A stretch of 63,083 nucleotides of DNA, filler included, from Stramenopiles sp. TOSAG23-3 (GCA_900128585.1; 7 parts of 7 records of this genome joined end to end with filler, not necessarily neighbours in it), one strand, 5' to 3'; positions 32,106 to 42,749 are shown, numbered from the whole stretch's first letter. A program made the numbers and translations. The notes: generated by a model from the letters alone, not told the origin.

Positions 32106-34198
32106 TTAAAAGAACAACCGCCCAAACACGTGTAAAAGATCGCCACTACTAACAAAACTGAATCCTTGTATGGCGACACCAATATATTCTTTGCCCCATC
32201 GTCCACGCGGTGAGCTTTAAGCGATGTGCTCAGCGTCACGAGATAATGTATCAAAATGCTCCAGTGCTTTCCGGTCAAGTAACAATAAACCGCGAAGCCC
32301 GTTACCGGTATCATCATCGCCCATTTTCTTTCCATGCAAAATATTTGGAGGGCCACAGTCGCATAAATCTCACCGGGAACAAAGGCGAATCTCTTCGTAT
32401 CGACCCAACGTATGTTCTCACCGGGAACAAAGGCGAATCTCTTCGTATCGACCCAACGTATGTAGACAATCGTTACCACTGTCCAGAAGTAGTGCGGACT
32501 GAAGAATAAAATTCTCAAAACAACGGCTACACCAACAAAGAATCCAAGGAGAAACTGTTCGTCAGACTCGTCTCGGTACGGTATGTACAGATCCATCGCG
32601 AAGATGACAACGCTCCAAAAGAGAACTTCACACCATGTCTGCTTTTTCACCTTCACCTTGTTCTTCCGCTCGGCGACCACTTTTTCGTACTCCGCCAACA
32701 CTTTTTTACCTTGAAAGTGCATTCCTTTGTATTCCAACTCTCGGCTACCGGTGCGACGTTCTCTTACGTCTATCGAAGTTTCTTCTGTCTCTTCAGGTGG
32801 ATCAGCAGGTGGATCAGCAGGCGGATCACCTACAGGCCTGTCTCCCGAATATAACAATCCGTAAGAATATCGATTGTGGATTCGTTGTCCTAACAGTGTT
32901 AAGTCGTCATGGATACCGTCTACGTTCGTTATCACAATATTCATTGTGACTTCTTCGTACCGTAATAGTTTTGGAAATACTTTCCACGGTGGCAGTTTCT
33001 CGAAATATATTATTCGAGCGTCCGCATTTTCTCCATAGTTTTCAATCATCTTATTGGACTCGTACACTTTTAATCTTTCATGAGTTGCGCAATGCCAGTC
33101 GTACATAAAGAACATAGCGTCTTGGCCATACCGTCGGTATAGTTCGTTTGCGGCCACCCTAAGAGAGTTTTCGTCTGGGTCGTGTCGTGGCATCTTCATC
33201 CAGAATTTAAAAACTCGAAAGAAAAATGCCTCCTTCGAATGACGCGATATTGTTACGGGTTCCGCCATAAAATCGTCGTGTTCTGCATGTAACCAGTCTG
33301 GTATTTCGTTTTTAATGATCGAGTCGGGGTCTGAAGGTGTAAGTGACGGTTCGGTTTCATCTTCTTTTGCAACGTAAGCCGAATGATATGCCGATTTCTC
33401 TTCTTGCTTAATTTTTTTCACAAATTCGTCCACTTGCACCGCTTGCACGGCCTTTCTTTTTTTCTCTTTTTTCGGACTATCAAACAAACCGGGCGGGATA
33501 AGCCACGAATCATCGTCCTCCTCCTTCTCCAGAGATACAATCAAATCCTCCATGACGTCCAAGATACCCAACGGTGAATCCGTCCAAATTTGGTCGCATG
33601 CAAATTCTAGCCACCTGTCGCGTGGAAGCTCCATCATACACTTTGAACGTACGCGTTGTAGTTCGTCGCTACCGGGCCAACTCCCATCTTTTAAAGCGAC
33701 AGGTCCCTGATTTTTTGGGACTTTAAGAACGTCGTACGATGTTAAGGAACGCACAAACATACCCTTTAGCTCGTGGGAACATTTGATTGCTATCGTACGG
33801 TTCTTCAGTCGATGACGTGGCCGATCGTCCGTTTCGTTTACCACAACGCCGTTTCGATCTACTGCAAGCGCAAGTATCCACGGCAAAGCGCTACGCCAGC
33901 TTACAGACGTTGTTACTATGTGTTCCAACAGCAAATATTTGCACGTGTTTTCAAATTTTATTGCATTGAACAAGACGCGCTCGTTGTCCACACTCAAGTG
34001 GCAGTTGTAAGCGAGAAATCCATCGTCTTGTCTCCCGTGCGGACAACCGATATTTGTCAACGTTTGCTTCAGGGACGTCGATTCCAGTTCAGTGATCGGG
34101 TCTACCAGCGCACATCGGTCCTCGTACGTCGGGTGGCCATAGATAACCTTGACATTCTCAGGCGCTAGATCAAGTTCAAAATCATCGAAAGGCTCCAT
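32102..34198 (-). CDS. Hypothetical viral protein with several C-terminal transmembrane segments
   Basis: 700-aa ORF; hydrophobic C-terminal region; in-frame 48-bp duplication and DPPA x3; stop overlaps the LRR gene stop by 4 nt. Confidence 0.75.
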   Translation of the reverse strand: MEPFDDFELDLAPENVKVIYGHPTYEDRCALVDPITELESTSLKQTLTNIGCPHGRQDDGFLAYNCHLSVDNERVLFNAIKFENTCKYLLLEHIVTTSVSWRSALPWILALAVDRNGVVVNETDDRPRHRLKNRTIAIKCSHELKGMFVRSLTSYDVLKVPKNQGPVALKDGSWPGSDELQRVRSKCMMELPRDRWLEFACDQIWTDSPLGILDVMEDLIVSLEKEEDDDSWLIPPGLFDSPKKEKKRKAVQAVQVDEFVKKIKQEEKSAYHSAYVAKEDETEPSLTPSDPDSIIKNEIPDWLHAEHDDFMAEPVTISRHSKEAFFFRVFKFWMKMPRHDPDENSLRVAANELYRRYGQDAMFFMYDWHCATHERLKVYESNKMIENYGENADARIIYFEKLPPWKVFPKLLRYEEVTMNIVITNVDGIHDDLTLLGQRIHNRYSYGLLYSGDRPVGDPPADPPADPPEETEETSIDVRERRTGSRELEYKGMHFQGKKVLAEYEKVVAERKNKVKVKKQTWCEVLFWSVVIFAMDLYIPYRDESDEQFLLGFFVGVAVVLRILFFSPHYFWTVVTIVYIRWVDTKRFAFVPGENIRWVDTKRFAFVPGEIYATVALQIFCMERKWAMMIPVTGFAVYCYLTGKHWSILIHYLVTLSTSLKAHRVDDGAKNILVSPYKDSVLLVVAIFYTCLGGCSFN
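32368..32463. repeat. Perfect 48-bp tandem duplication inside CDS
   Basis: tctcaccgggaacaaaggcgaatctcttcgtatcgacccaacgtatgt x2. Confidence 0.97.
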
Positions 34199-34357
34199 GA
34201 CCACGCTGTGGGTAGTTGATTTTTCCTTGTTTTGAGTTCATCTTTCCACTTTCTAGGTCGTTTGGCAGATTTATCATATTAAGTACGGTCCGCAAAGATT
34301 GTGTTTCTGGTAGGAAAAAAATGATGAATAGTTTAAAATAATAGAGACATTTCTACC

Positions 34358-34625
34358 AACACATCATCGTAAAAAGTGGGACTGTTTCTATACTAACACA
34401 TCATCGTAAAAAATGGGACTAATTTTATACTAAAACATCATCGTAAAAAATGGGACTGTTTCTATACTAACACATCATCGTAAAAAGTGGGACTAATTTT
34501 ATACTAAAACATCATCGTAAAAAATGGGACTGTTTCTATACTAACACACCATCGTAAAAAATGGGACGTTTTGATATATTTTTTTTAAAGTAACCTGTAC
34601 TAACACACCATCGTAAAAAATGGGA
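34358..34625 (-). repeat. Right repeat array: six tandem 37-bp units plus a displaced seventh; core is the reverse complement of the left-array motif
   Basis: Units start at 34358, 34395, 34432, 34469, 34506, 34543 and 34602; core acacatcatcgtaaaaa(g/a)tggg. Confidence 0.97.
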
Positions 34626-34927
34626 TTATTTAGGCCGCGGAGGTTTTAGTGGCCACTCGTTTGTTGTAACGAAAAGACCTATTTACCGTACAATTAGTAT
34701 ATGGAAATACTTTAAAAAGAAAACAACACTATAAAATATGCCAAAAAAACGATGAATGGTGTAAGCGTATTCCCATGCAAAAGCGCTGTTTTCCGAAAAA
34801 AAAACGTATCATCTATTATTAAACCCTACGGTTGACCCTATATTTTCACTACGATTTGTCTTCATTTTCAAAGGTAAAGTACATTAAACATTTGACTATC
34901 GTCACCTTCAAGTAGAAAAGTCTAGAA

Positions 34928-35080
34928 ATGCGTCTGAGAATTCGAGTAGCATGTAAATAGCAGGGCGATTGATGCGTCTGAGAATTCGAGTAGCATGTAA
35001 ATAGCAGGGCATTAAGAAGAATAAAAATATAAATCTACACTGACCTAAAGAATAAATTTTATAAATCTACACTGACCTAA
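34928..35080 (+). repeat. Two pairs of direct repeats (39 bp x2 and 21 bp x2)
   Basis: atgcgtctgagaattcgagtagcatgtaaatagcagggc at 34928 and 34972; tataaatctacactgacctaa at 35028 and 35060. Confidence 0.92.
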
Positions 35081-35173
35081 CGACACGGTATTATACCCAA
35101 TACTTCGGTATTTCGACCGGTATGTAAAATTACCATTTCTCTCCGTATTCAAACAACAAAAATAACAAAAACA

Positions 35174-35734
35174 ATGAGTTTAACAAGAACAATGAATCTA
35201 ATCAAAAACATCGACGAATTTGAGAATAAGAACTGGCGAAGTACATCCCCGGGAAGTTTTCATCCCAGCGATGCGCCACAAGCCTTTTTGACGACGCTCA
35301 AAGATAGTGTGGAGGTTACTCTTGATGAGCTTGCTGTGGGCGCAACCTTCTTCTACGAGTCGTTTCCAACCTCCTACCCCGGGAAATATTATAAGTTTGA
35401 AAAGGACAGAATGGACCGGAAGGGGCAAGTCTGCACATGGCTTTCGAAAGACAATGAATTTATGATGAATAAAATGGAAGACACCTACTGTTTTTCGATA
35501 TATGACACGGAGACGAAAGTCTATGTCCTGCTCGACGAGAAGCAACGCTCTTTTTCACCGGACCCGGGCGACGACGACGAGATGGACTTCTCTCTCAAGT
35601 CATTCGATGCGAGTGGGTTGTCGGTATCCTCGAACGACCGTATCGCCGACCTTGAGAAGCAGGTGGCAATTTTGACCGACGAAACGAATTGGTTGAAACA
35701 GCAGCTCCACAAATTTTACATTACTAATCAGTAG
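35174..35734 (+). CDS. Hypothetical viral protein with short C-terminal coiled coil
   Basis: 186-aa ORF after A-rich leader; RIADLEKQVAILTDETNWLKQQL. Confidence 0.7.
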   Translation: MSLTRTMNLIKNIDEFENKNWRSTSPGSFHPSDAPQAFLTTLKDSVEVTLDELAVGATFFYESFPTSYPGKYYKFEKDRMDRKGQVCTWLSKDNEFMMNKMEDTYCFSIYDTETKVYVLLDEKQRSFSPDPGDDDEMDFSLKSFDASGLSVSSNDRIADLEKQVAILTDETNWLKQQLHKFYITNQ

Positions 35735-35819
35735 ACGTATATATATATTTCCACCCCACAAACGGACGAAGCGTGTAAAACAATTATAAATCGTATTTAT
35801 ATTCTTTAGACATTTTTAA

Positions 35820-36578
35820 ATGAATACGTTTGAACATACCAGACGTCCTCGTTTTTTTCAAATCCCGAAACAAACCGAAGAATTTACTATTACGTGGAAT
35901 GGGAAACAAGTAAAAGCGCGCGGTAGTAAGATACTCTACGATCTCTTAATCCAATTCAAAAGCGTAAAATACTCTCAGACCGAAGTAAAAAGTAAAGATA
36001 CTCTGATCGTGCAAACACTACAAACACAGTACGGAACCGTCGATAGAACCAATATGCTCTTTGCGCAGATGCAATTAAAAGCACAAGAAGGCATCCTCGA
36101 TTCCATGTTGACCGAAATTAATACCGTTTTCTTTCAAAAGCGACTGCAACCGATTTTAGGTAAGATCGACATTATCTTCAGCACGTTAGAAAGCGGTATC
36201 GCCGGGTCCACCACCATTCTGAAAAACACCGTTCTTATTGAAATAAATTTACTACAATTTATCGCGTGGTTCAACGTTTTGAAAGGTCAACGAAAACAGT
36301 CCATGGGTACAGAGAACTGTGACTCCATTTTGAAATGTATATTGAAAACGCTTCAACACGAACTTGTCCATGCCATTTGTATACTCTGCTCGCCCACTAT
36401 CTATGTCAATGGCAAGACTATAGGTAGCTTCTGTACTCTTAATGTAAAGGGCGATACTAGTAATGCTGCCACTGGACACTCTACATGGTACATGGATTTA
36501 CTGGGGAATATTTTTGGTCAGAAAAATGACTTCCATGACAACTATACGTACCGTCAGAAAGCAAAATTAAGGGTATAA
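35820..36578 (+). CDS. Putative SprT-like zinc metalloprotease
   Basis: TLQHELVHA followed downstream by GHSTWY, the HExxH...H arrangement of SprT-like domains. Confidence 0.6.
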   Translation: MNTFEHTRRPRFFQIPKQTEEFTITWNGKQVKARGSKILYDLLIQFKSVKYSQTEVKSKDTLIVQTLQTQYGTVDRTNMLFAQMQLKAQEGILDSMLTEINTVFFQKRLQPILGKIDIIFSTLESGIAGSTTILKNTVLIEINLLQFIAWFNVLKGQRKQSMGTENCDSILKCILKTLQHELVHAICILCSPTIYVNGKTIGSFCTLNVKGDTSNAATGHSTWYMDLLGNIFGQKNDFHDNYTYRQKAKLRV

Positions 36579-36599
36579 ATATTATTTATTAGTATCTAT

Positions 36600-36932
36600 A
36601 TGCCTAAAGTTACTGAACAAATATACGAAGACGCCAAAAGCAAATTTTTAACCTTACAACCTGAAATAAATGAGATGGCGATGAAATTAAAAGAACTGAA
36701 GAAACAGAAGACCCGGTGCGTGTCCATTATCAAACGCTATATGGTCATGCAAGATAAATATTTCCTTAAAGTTGGACCATTTGAAGTATCTAGAGAAAAG
36801 GTACAACGTTGTGGCTTTAACGAGAATAGAATGCGTAAATTTTTAAGGAAGAAGCAACTTGAAGAAGATTACAAGGAAGAATACACTAAAATCGGAACGA
36901 AATTCAAGCTAAACCGGGTAGACGCCGTGTAG
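36600..36932 (+). CDS. Small basic coiled-coil hypothetical viral protein
   Basis: Tightly packed ORF with TATAAA 26 nt upstream. Confidence 0.7.
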   Translation: MPKVTEQIYEDAKSKFLTLQPEINEMAMKLKELKKQKTRCVSIIKRYMVMQDKYFLKVGPFEVSREKVQRCGFNENRMRKFLRKKQLEEDYKEEYTKIGTKFKLNRVDAV

Positions 36933-36962
36933 ACCTATAAATACTACTAAATTGTACAGTAA

Positions 36963-37511
36963 ATGCCTAAATGCGTAAATCTTAATAAACTAATTACAGA
37001 TAACAAAAGAAAACAGTTTACCAGATGCGGTAATATTAAATTAATGTTTGATACACAAAGTATACTAAATAACCTAACAGCAAGAATAAGACGTCAGGAC
37101 ACTGTATTTGTTATGGGGTGTGCAGCTTGGTTTACGAATTCCCGTATTATTAAGGCCCTATCAGAATTAAAAGGTGTGTCCGTTATATGTACTCGAGATA
37201 AAGTAGCTCGACTAAAAAGTACGAAACTAAAATACAGAACACTACCACAGCATGACGGAATACCGACTGTTTTAGTAGTTGGATGCGGGAGAGGACGGAA
37301 GGCTTCTTTAATGCACCACAAATTTTTAATTGGTATGAACGAAAAGCAAATACCAATTTGGGTTAGTACGGGTAGTTTTAACTTGACGGAATCAGCAACC
37401 TCTAACATAGAAAACATGATGATTATCGAAAACAAGGAAATAGCAAAAGCATTCTTAGAAGAATTTCAACGACTGTACCCCTTGGCGAAAAAACTTAGTC
37501 TTAAAGTCTAA
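36963..37511 (+). CDS. Phospholipase D superfamily single-domain nuclease (Nuc/Zucchini-like)
   Basis: AAWFT, MHHKFLI, TGSFNLT, NIENM; the canonical HKD Asp is absent. Confidence 0.88.
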   Translation: MPKCVNLNKLITDNKRKQFTRCGNIKLMFDTQSILNNLTARIRRQDTVFVMGCAAWFTNSRIIKALSELKGVSVICTRDKVARLKSTKLKYRTLPQHDGIPTVLVVGCGRGRKASLMHHKFLIGMNEKQIPIWVSTGSFNLTESATSNIENMMIIENKEIAKAFLEEFQRLYPLAKKLSLKV

Positions 37512-37530
37512 ACTAAAGAGAAAATCAACT

Positions 37531-38436
37531 ATGAGTGTGGAGCCCGGCCCCATGGAGCTACGGGTCTTGGTAGACCAAGCGTACCAAAGAGTGAACGACT
37601 ATGACTTAATCAACGCGGCTCTTGCAGGCAAACGAGTATGGGTTCAGTTACCGGATGGCGTGTACTATTTGGCGACAGTAAGGCGCGGCTTTACGTACAT
37701 GCCGGGCGAGGAGGACGAGTTTAGGACACACGTGGAACTCGAGTACGCGAACCCGGACGAGTCCTCTATGGTTAGTTCAACAGAGAATTTTCGACACGAC
37801 TCGTTTATTATCCAGAACTCGCAAATAGTTGATTTTAACAACTTTTTGGAAGCAGAAAGAGGGCGAAGGGCAGCCGTCATTGTACCTAGAGCGTTCGAGT
37901 ACGATGGCGCGTACCTTATCGGCCACTTTCATCCTGATAACGCTCTCCTAGTTGTCCTTCTGAACGACCCCGAAACGGACCACCCCCTTATTACTCGGGC
38001 AGAGTGGGGTATGTTGCAAGAATACCTTCATAAGGAGACGGTAGCACGCGAACGATACTTAGTTTACAACGTATTTGGACGAGAAAACGACCACACTATG
38101 TACAACGAACAAGTCTTTCCGGCGTATGAAGAGGAACGAGTAGCACGAAATCAAATTTTTGAACATTTTTTGCACGAAAGCATACGGCAAGATTCCCCCG
38201 GAACGATCTCACGGTTTCAGTTGTGTCACGGAGTACTAGAGTCAACGACGCGCTCACCGTTTATGGATACTCACGCGGCACATTGTCCTTTCGTCGTGGT
38301 GAAAGCCAAGGACGACGATATTCTCTTTGAACGAGAAAACCATTGGGTTGTCTATCCAGAGGATGCACCGGAAGCGCAGCAGTTTGTCGAAACCGAACCT
38401 TCCATGGAAATCGAACCGGAAGGTATACCGGAGTAA
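37531..38436 (+). CDS. Acidic hypothetical viral protein
   Basis: 301-aa ORF filling the gap in a co-directional gene run. Confidence 0.7.
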   Translation: MSVEPGPMELRVLVDQAYQRVNDYDLINAALAGKRVWVQLPDGVYYLATVRRGFTYMPGEEDEFRTHVELEYANPDESSMVSSTENFRHDSFIIQNSQIVDFNNFLEAERGRRAAVIVPRAFEYDGAYLIGHFHPDNALLVVLLNDPETDHPLITRAEWGMLQEYLHKETVARERYLVYNVFGRENDHTMYNEQVFPAYEEERVARNQIFEHFLHESIRQDSPGTISRFQLCHGVLESTTRSPFMDTHAAHCPFVVVKAKDDDILFERENHWVVYPEDAPEAQQFVETEPSMEIEPEGIPE

Positions 38437-38470
38437 ATAAGATGTATAAGTATCCTTAATATGTTTTAAA

Positions 38471-39276
38471 ATGGGCCAAACGAATATGACTGCAAGACAA
38501 CTAATGAACACCAAGCCATTTAAGGTATCAGAGAACACGCTTGTTAATTCTATTCCAGTGGTGTGCTACGTTGTAAAAGCGGGATTAATATTTTACGTCA
38601 AGGCGTTTATAGCACGTAAATTTTCGTTCAATCGTGTAGATATATATGGTAACACGCCCCTCCATTACGCCGCCAGTACGAAACGATCGAAACTTGTTAG
38701 TCTGTTTGTTGAAATGGGACTGAGTACTTGTCTAACTAATAAACGCGGCCAGACGCCATTAATGATTGCGATTTTAAACAAACGGTACGACCACATTCCT
38801 ATGTTAAGAGACGCAATGTTTGTCCGGGACGCTCAGTACAATGGCCCCATTCACCATGCTATTTTAGAAGAAGACGTTCGATTGTTGCATGCTCTCGTTT
38901 TAAATACACCACCTCTACCAAAAACATGGATTCTAACCTTTACACATCCAAAAGACTACCATTTAAATTATTTCCCTCAGGCTGAATCGTTGCCAGCTCT
39001 TTCGTTGGCTATTTCTTATATGAAATTTACCATGGTAAAGGAATTGATACAGCTGGGAGCAATGCATCGTATAGCAATCAAACACCATTGAGAATTTTGA
39101 ACGGAATCGCTAGAAATTTGCGGTATGGTGGTACGTTTAAAACAGATAGGTGTACACAAAAAGACGTGAAAAGAATGTGGGGTGTCTTAGAAGACGATAC
39201 GAATATCAATCGTACAACGTACAACTTCTCGGATAAACATACTGGATTATTAAGTGGGAATTGTACATATATTTAA
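38471..39276 (+). CDS. Ankyrin-repeat protein with probable frameshift at ~39060 (ORFs 38471..39091 and 39088..39276)
   Basis: GNTPLHYAA, GQTPLMIA, NGPIHHA; LIQLGA continues in the shifted frame as NASYSNQTPL. Confidence 0.8.
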
Positions 39277-39620
39277 TTAAATATTCTTTTTACATCGTCT
39301 ATCAGACAATCAATTCGAGCTTTCATGGTTATATCGTTTTCATATGTTTTTTGCAACGATTGCAGCCCTTTTATAGAATCGCTTACGTGTGTTTTTACTC
39401 TTTCGGCCTGTGTTTCTAACAACGCCTCCGCGTCTTTGTAAAGATCCTTTATTCTATTAAAATCGGATTCTCTATTTGCTCCATAATACCAACGGTACAA
39501 AAATTCTGGTATAGTAGTGGAAGGATTGATTTCAAAATGCGTTCGTCTTGTTCCTAACTTTTCAAAAGGCTGTAGTTTACTTAGGATCTTTAAATTGACC
39601 CATATGGATTCTTCTTCCAT
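39273..39620 (-). CDS. Hypothetical protein resembling a small family seen in large eukaryotic DNA viruses
   Basis: NLKILSKLQ...RWYYGANRE...GLQSLQKTY pattern (recalled resemblance only); TATAAA 26 nt before ATG 39620. Confidence 0.65.
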   Translation of the reverse strand: MEEESIWVNLKILSKLQPFEKLGTRRTHFEINPSTTIPEFLYRWYYGANRESDFNRIKDLYKDAEALLETQAERVKTHVSDSIKGLQSLQKTYENDITMKARIDCLIDDVKRIFN

Positions 39621-39621
39621 T

Positions 39622-40194
39622 TTAAATATTCTCATCCGCATTTATACCAAACAACGATTGTTGCTCTTCATTTTCCATAAAACTTGGCTTTTTACCAACT
39701 GGCAGAGAAATAGGTATTCTGGGCATGCTAATTGCTACTATGTAAATGGTATGGATAACCTGCACCACTATAAATCCAACTATGTCCATTTCGGTCAATA
39801 AAAAAATACCAAATACAATAATATTTACGACCGACAAATCCATTCGTAAGTCTCTCCACGATTTTTCCTTGAATTCTTCTGTGCATGATTCGTCCAAAGT
39901 GGTGAACGAAAAAAGAGAAAACAAAACATACAAAGTAGATCCAACCAGAAGAAGAACGCCACTGCCAATACGGTTGTTAAAATACTGATCTAGTAAAATG
40001 CACAAAATATTAATCAGTGACAACATCCCTAGGAAAGCAGGTCGGTCTTCGTACGCATACCATACGAATAACAAAATCGTGGTCAGTCCAAACCCGTACA
40101 ATAGTGGATTTTCATACCATACCCATTCGCCGATTGCATAAATACATATACTTATCCCGGTAAAAAGACTGTACACTAACGACTCGTAATGCAT
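39622..40194 (-). CDS. Small multi-pass membrane hypothetical protein
   Basis: About 6 hydrophobic segments; TATAAA 28 nt upstream. Confidence 0.7.
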   Translation of the reverse strand: MHYESLVYSLFTGISICIYAIGEWVWYENPLLYGFGLTTILLFVWYAYEDRPAFLGMLSLINILCILLDQYFNNRIGSGVLLLVGSTLYVLFSLFSFTTLDESCTEEFKEKSWRDLRMDLSVVNIIVFGIFLLTEMDIVGFIVVQVIHTIYIVAISMPRIPISLPVGKKPSFMENEEQQSLFGINADENI

Positions 40195-40222
40195 ACTAAT
40201 GCAATGATTTAATATATTTATA

Positions 40223-42749
40223 CTACTTAAAAGTACCTACTTTTACACGCACAAACTTCTTATCTTTTAAAACATTCTTTGCCTTATTTGCATCCTCAGC
40301 AGACAATTTTTCTATTGTCTCTTTGTATGTATTTATTCGGTCTACGGAACCGTACGCCAGTTTTGTGTGATGAATAGCGTTTGCAAGAGCGCCGGGGGTA
40401 TCGTATTGTACCATAAGACTACCAGTAATATTTTGTTTTTGAATTTCAACTTCATCAACAGTCAATACATCATTTTTCCATTTCGCCAACACCTTTTCCG
40501 TCTCTACAATACCTTCCTCTAACTTACTAGGAGCGAATGTTCCGGTGACAACTAATAGACCACAACCTTTCATTTTCTTCAATTGAGCGTTTATGCCATA
40601 TGTTAACCCATGCTTATCTCTCACTATCTTCATCAATCTACCTGTAAAACCATTCCCCAAGACACCTACGGCTAGTTTTAAAGCATCCGAATACTCCACA
40701 ACCATACCATACTTTAACACGGTAGACGATTTTCCCTCCATGTGTTCCTCCACATCCATCAATTTCTCTACCAAACTATTTTTGTACTCGAGGTTCCATG
40801 TGGCCTTGTTCTCCAGAGGAATACTCTCTCTTGAAATTATAGTTGCGACCAGAGGCGCGGACTCTAACTTGGAATGAGCTTCCTTCACTTCATTCAATTT
40901 CATCCCGCTTACCCGGTAGCACAACTCGTCCATGGAAACCATATAGTTTGGATCGTCCTTCTTAAAAAGACTTTGGTTCAGTTTTATTTTCGCAATCGTG
41001 TTTACGTTGTTTTTTGAACCGTACAATTCCGACACCCATTTTCGTTGCAAATAGTTGAAAGTTTTTTCCTCCAACAAAGGTTTCTGTAGTTCGCCCATTA
41101 TAAAATTACTAGCAACGGTTCGTTGTGATACTGGAATCGTAACCATGGAATGAATGGCCCCGGAGGACGCCATAATATTTCGTTGAATGTTTTTCTCGGA
41201 AATAAAATTGGCGACCATTGGTTCAGTGCAAGCTACTTTCTTTACTTTAAACCCCTTTGTCATCATCTTTGATAGCATACTATTCACGGCGTAGGACTTT
41301 TCTGCCGTTTGAAGCGATACACGCACGTCCATTACATCCGATTCGTACGGTGTCCATCCCTCTTGTGCTTCAAAATCTTTACTTGCAACCTCTTTGATAT
41401 CGTTGATATCTTTAAAGGGTTTTGTATTATACACATTGTATGTTGCCACCTCAATTTCGGTCGCTGGCGTTTCATTGGCTTGAAGTCCCCTCAAATATCC
41501 CACCGTACTTCGGTCGTAATTAAATATATCTTTGGAAACACGCACGATATCGTCTATCGTTACTTCTCCTAATATTTTATTTCGCTGAAACACATCAAAG
41601 GCGTCACCACGCGCAATTGCCTCGTTGATTGCCATTGCAGTTTTCCGCGTGCCCATCATCTCATTCTTCCATTTATTCTTTAAAACAGTCTTTGCACGCT
41701 CTAACGATTCACCATCGTTGAACGATTGCAAGTCGCGTGTTATTTCCATAAGTTTACTCTCGGCAGTTTTTAATGCTTCTTCGCTATTTTGGTTTGTCGT
41801 AGCCCAGAGACAAAAGAGATACGGGTCTCGCATACGCTCCCATTCGGCTAAGATATCGTGGATATGACACGACTGATCTTTTTTATACTTCTCAGACATT
41901 GCGGTGGGACCATGGGCAATAATCTTAGATATAACATCCAGTACAATAGCGTCCTTGTGTAAGCCATTTGGGGCTTTGAATGCAGCACACATAAGCGCAC
42001 AGTTTGTTGGACGTTTAATCATCACTCTACGTTGACCCATTTGAGTGGGCTCTGTAGTTAGCATCTCAGGTACGGCCTGTTTATCCTCTTTGTCAAAGTA
42101 TTTGTCAATCATCTTTAATACATCGTCCTTCTTAAAATTACCACAGAAGGTATAGGTCGCGTTAGATGGCCTGTAAAACGTATCGTGGAATTTCTTTAAG
42201 GCCACGGCGCCGATTGTTTCCACCTCGCTTTTAAATCCAATCGTAGAGTGATGATACGGATGGGCGTTGAAAGCAGTTGCCATAATTTGCTTTTGAAGTA
42301 CCTCGAAATCATTATTGTTTCCACGTTCCATCTCATTACGTACTACAGTCATCTCTTTATCCAATTCAGACTTGCACAGCAGAGGCTGGTACATTCGATC
42401 GGCTTCTCGTGCAATAACATCCTCTAAATGTTCCGATTCTATCCGATTCTATTACAGAAAAATAATTCGTTCTGTCATTGTATGTTGTCGCGTTCATGTA
42501 AGCTCCCATCTCTTCCAGTTTCCACATACCATTTTTTCCGTGAAACTTTACACTACCTTTAAACATACCGTGTTCTAAATAATGAGTTCCACCCCTTACA
42601 CCCAATCCCTCGTTTCTCGACCCGACGTGATAGGTAATATTGGCCGTAGTAACCTTTAATCCGGGTTTAGGATAGAGTAGTACTGTCAACCCACTTTTGT
42701 GCTTTAATTCGTATAAATCATTCGCTTCTCGTACAGGGGTAAACGACAT
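40223..42749 (-). pseudogene. M16 (insulinase/PqqL-like) zinc peptidase interrupted by a 10-bp tandem duplication
   Basis: HYLEH (HxxEH), NATT..DRTNY, FYRPSN, VRDKHGLTYGI; tccgattcta x2 at 42432-42451 shifts the frame and removing one copy joins the two ORFs. Confidence 0.88.

Noticed and set aside
34358-34625. Possible CRISPR or mini-array
   Set aside because: Inter-core segments are only ~11-15 nt and alternate between two sequences, so this is a tandem repeat without unique spacers
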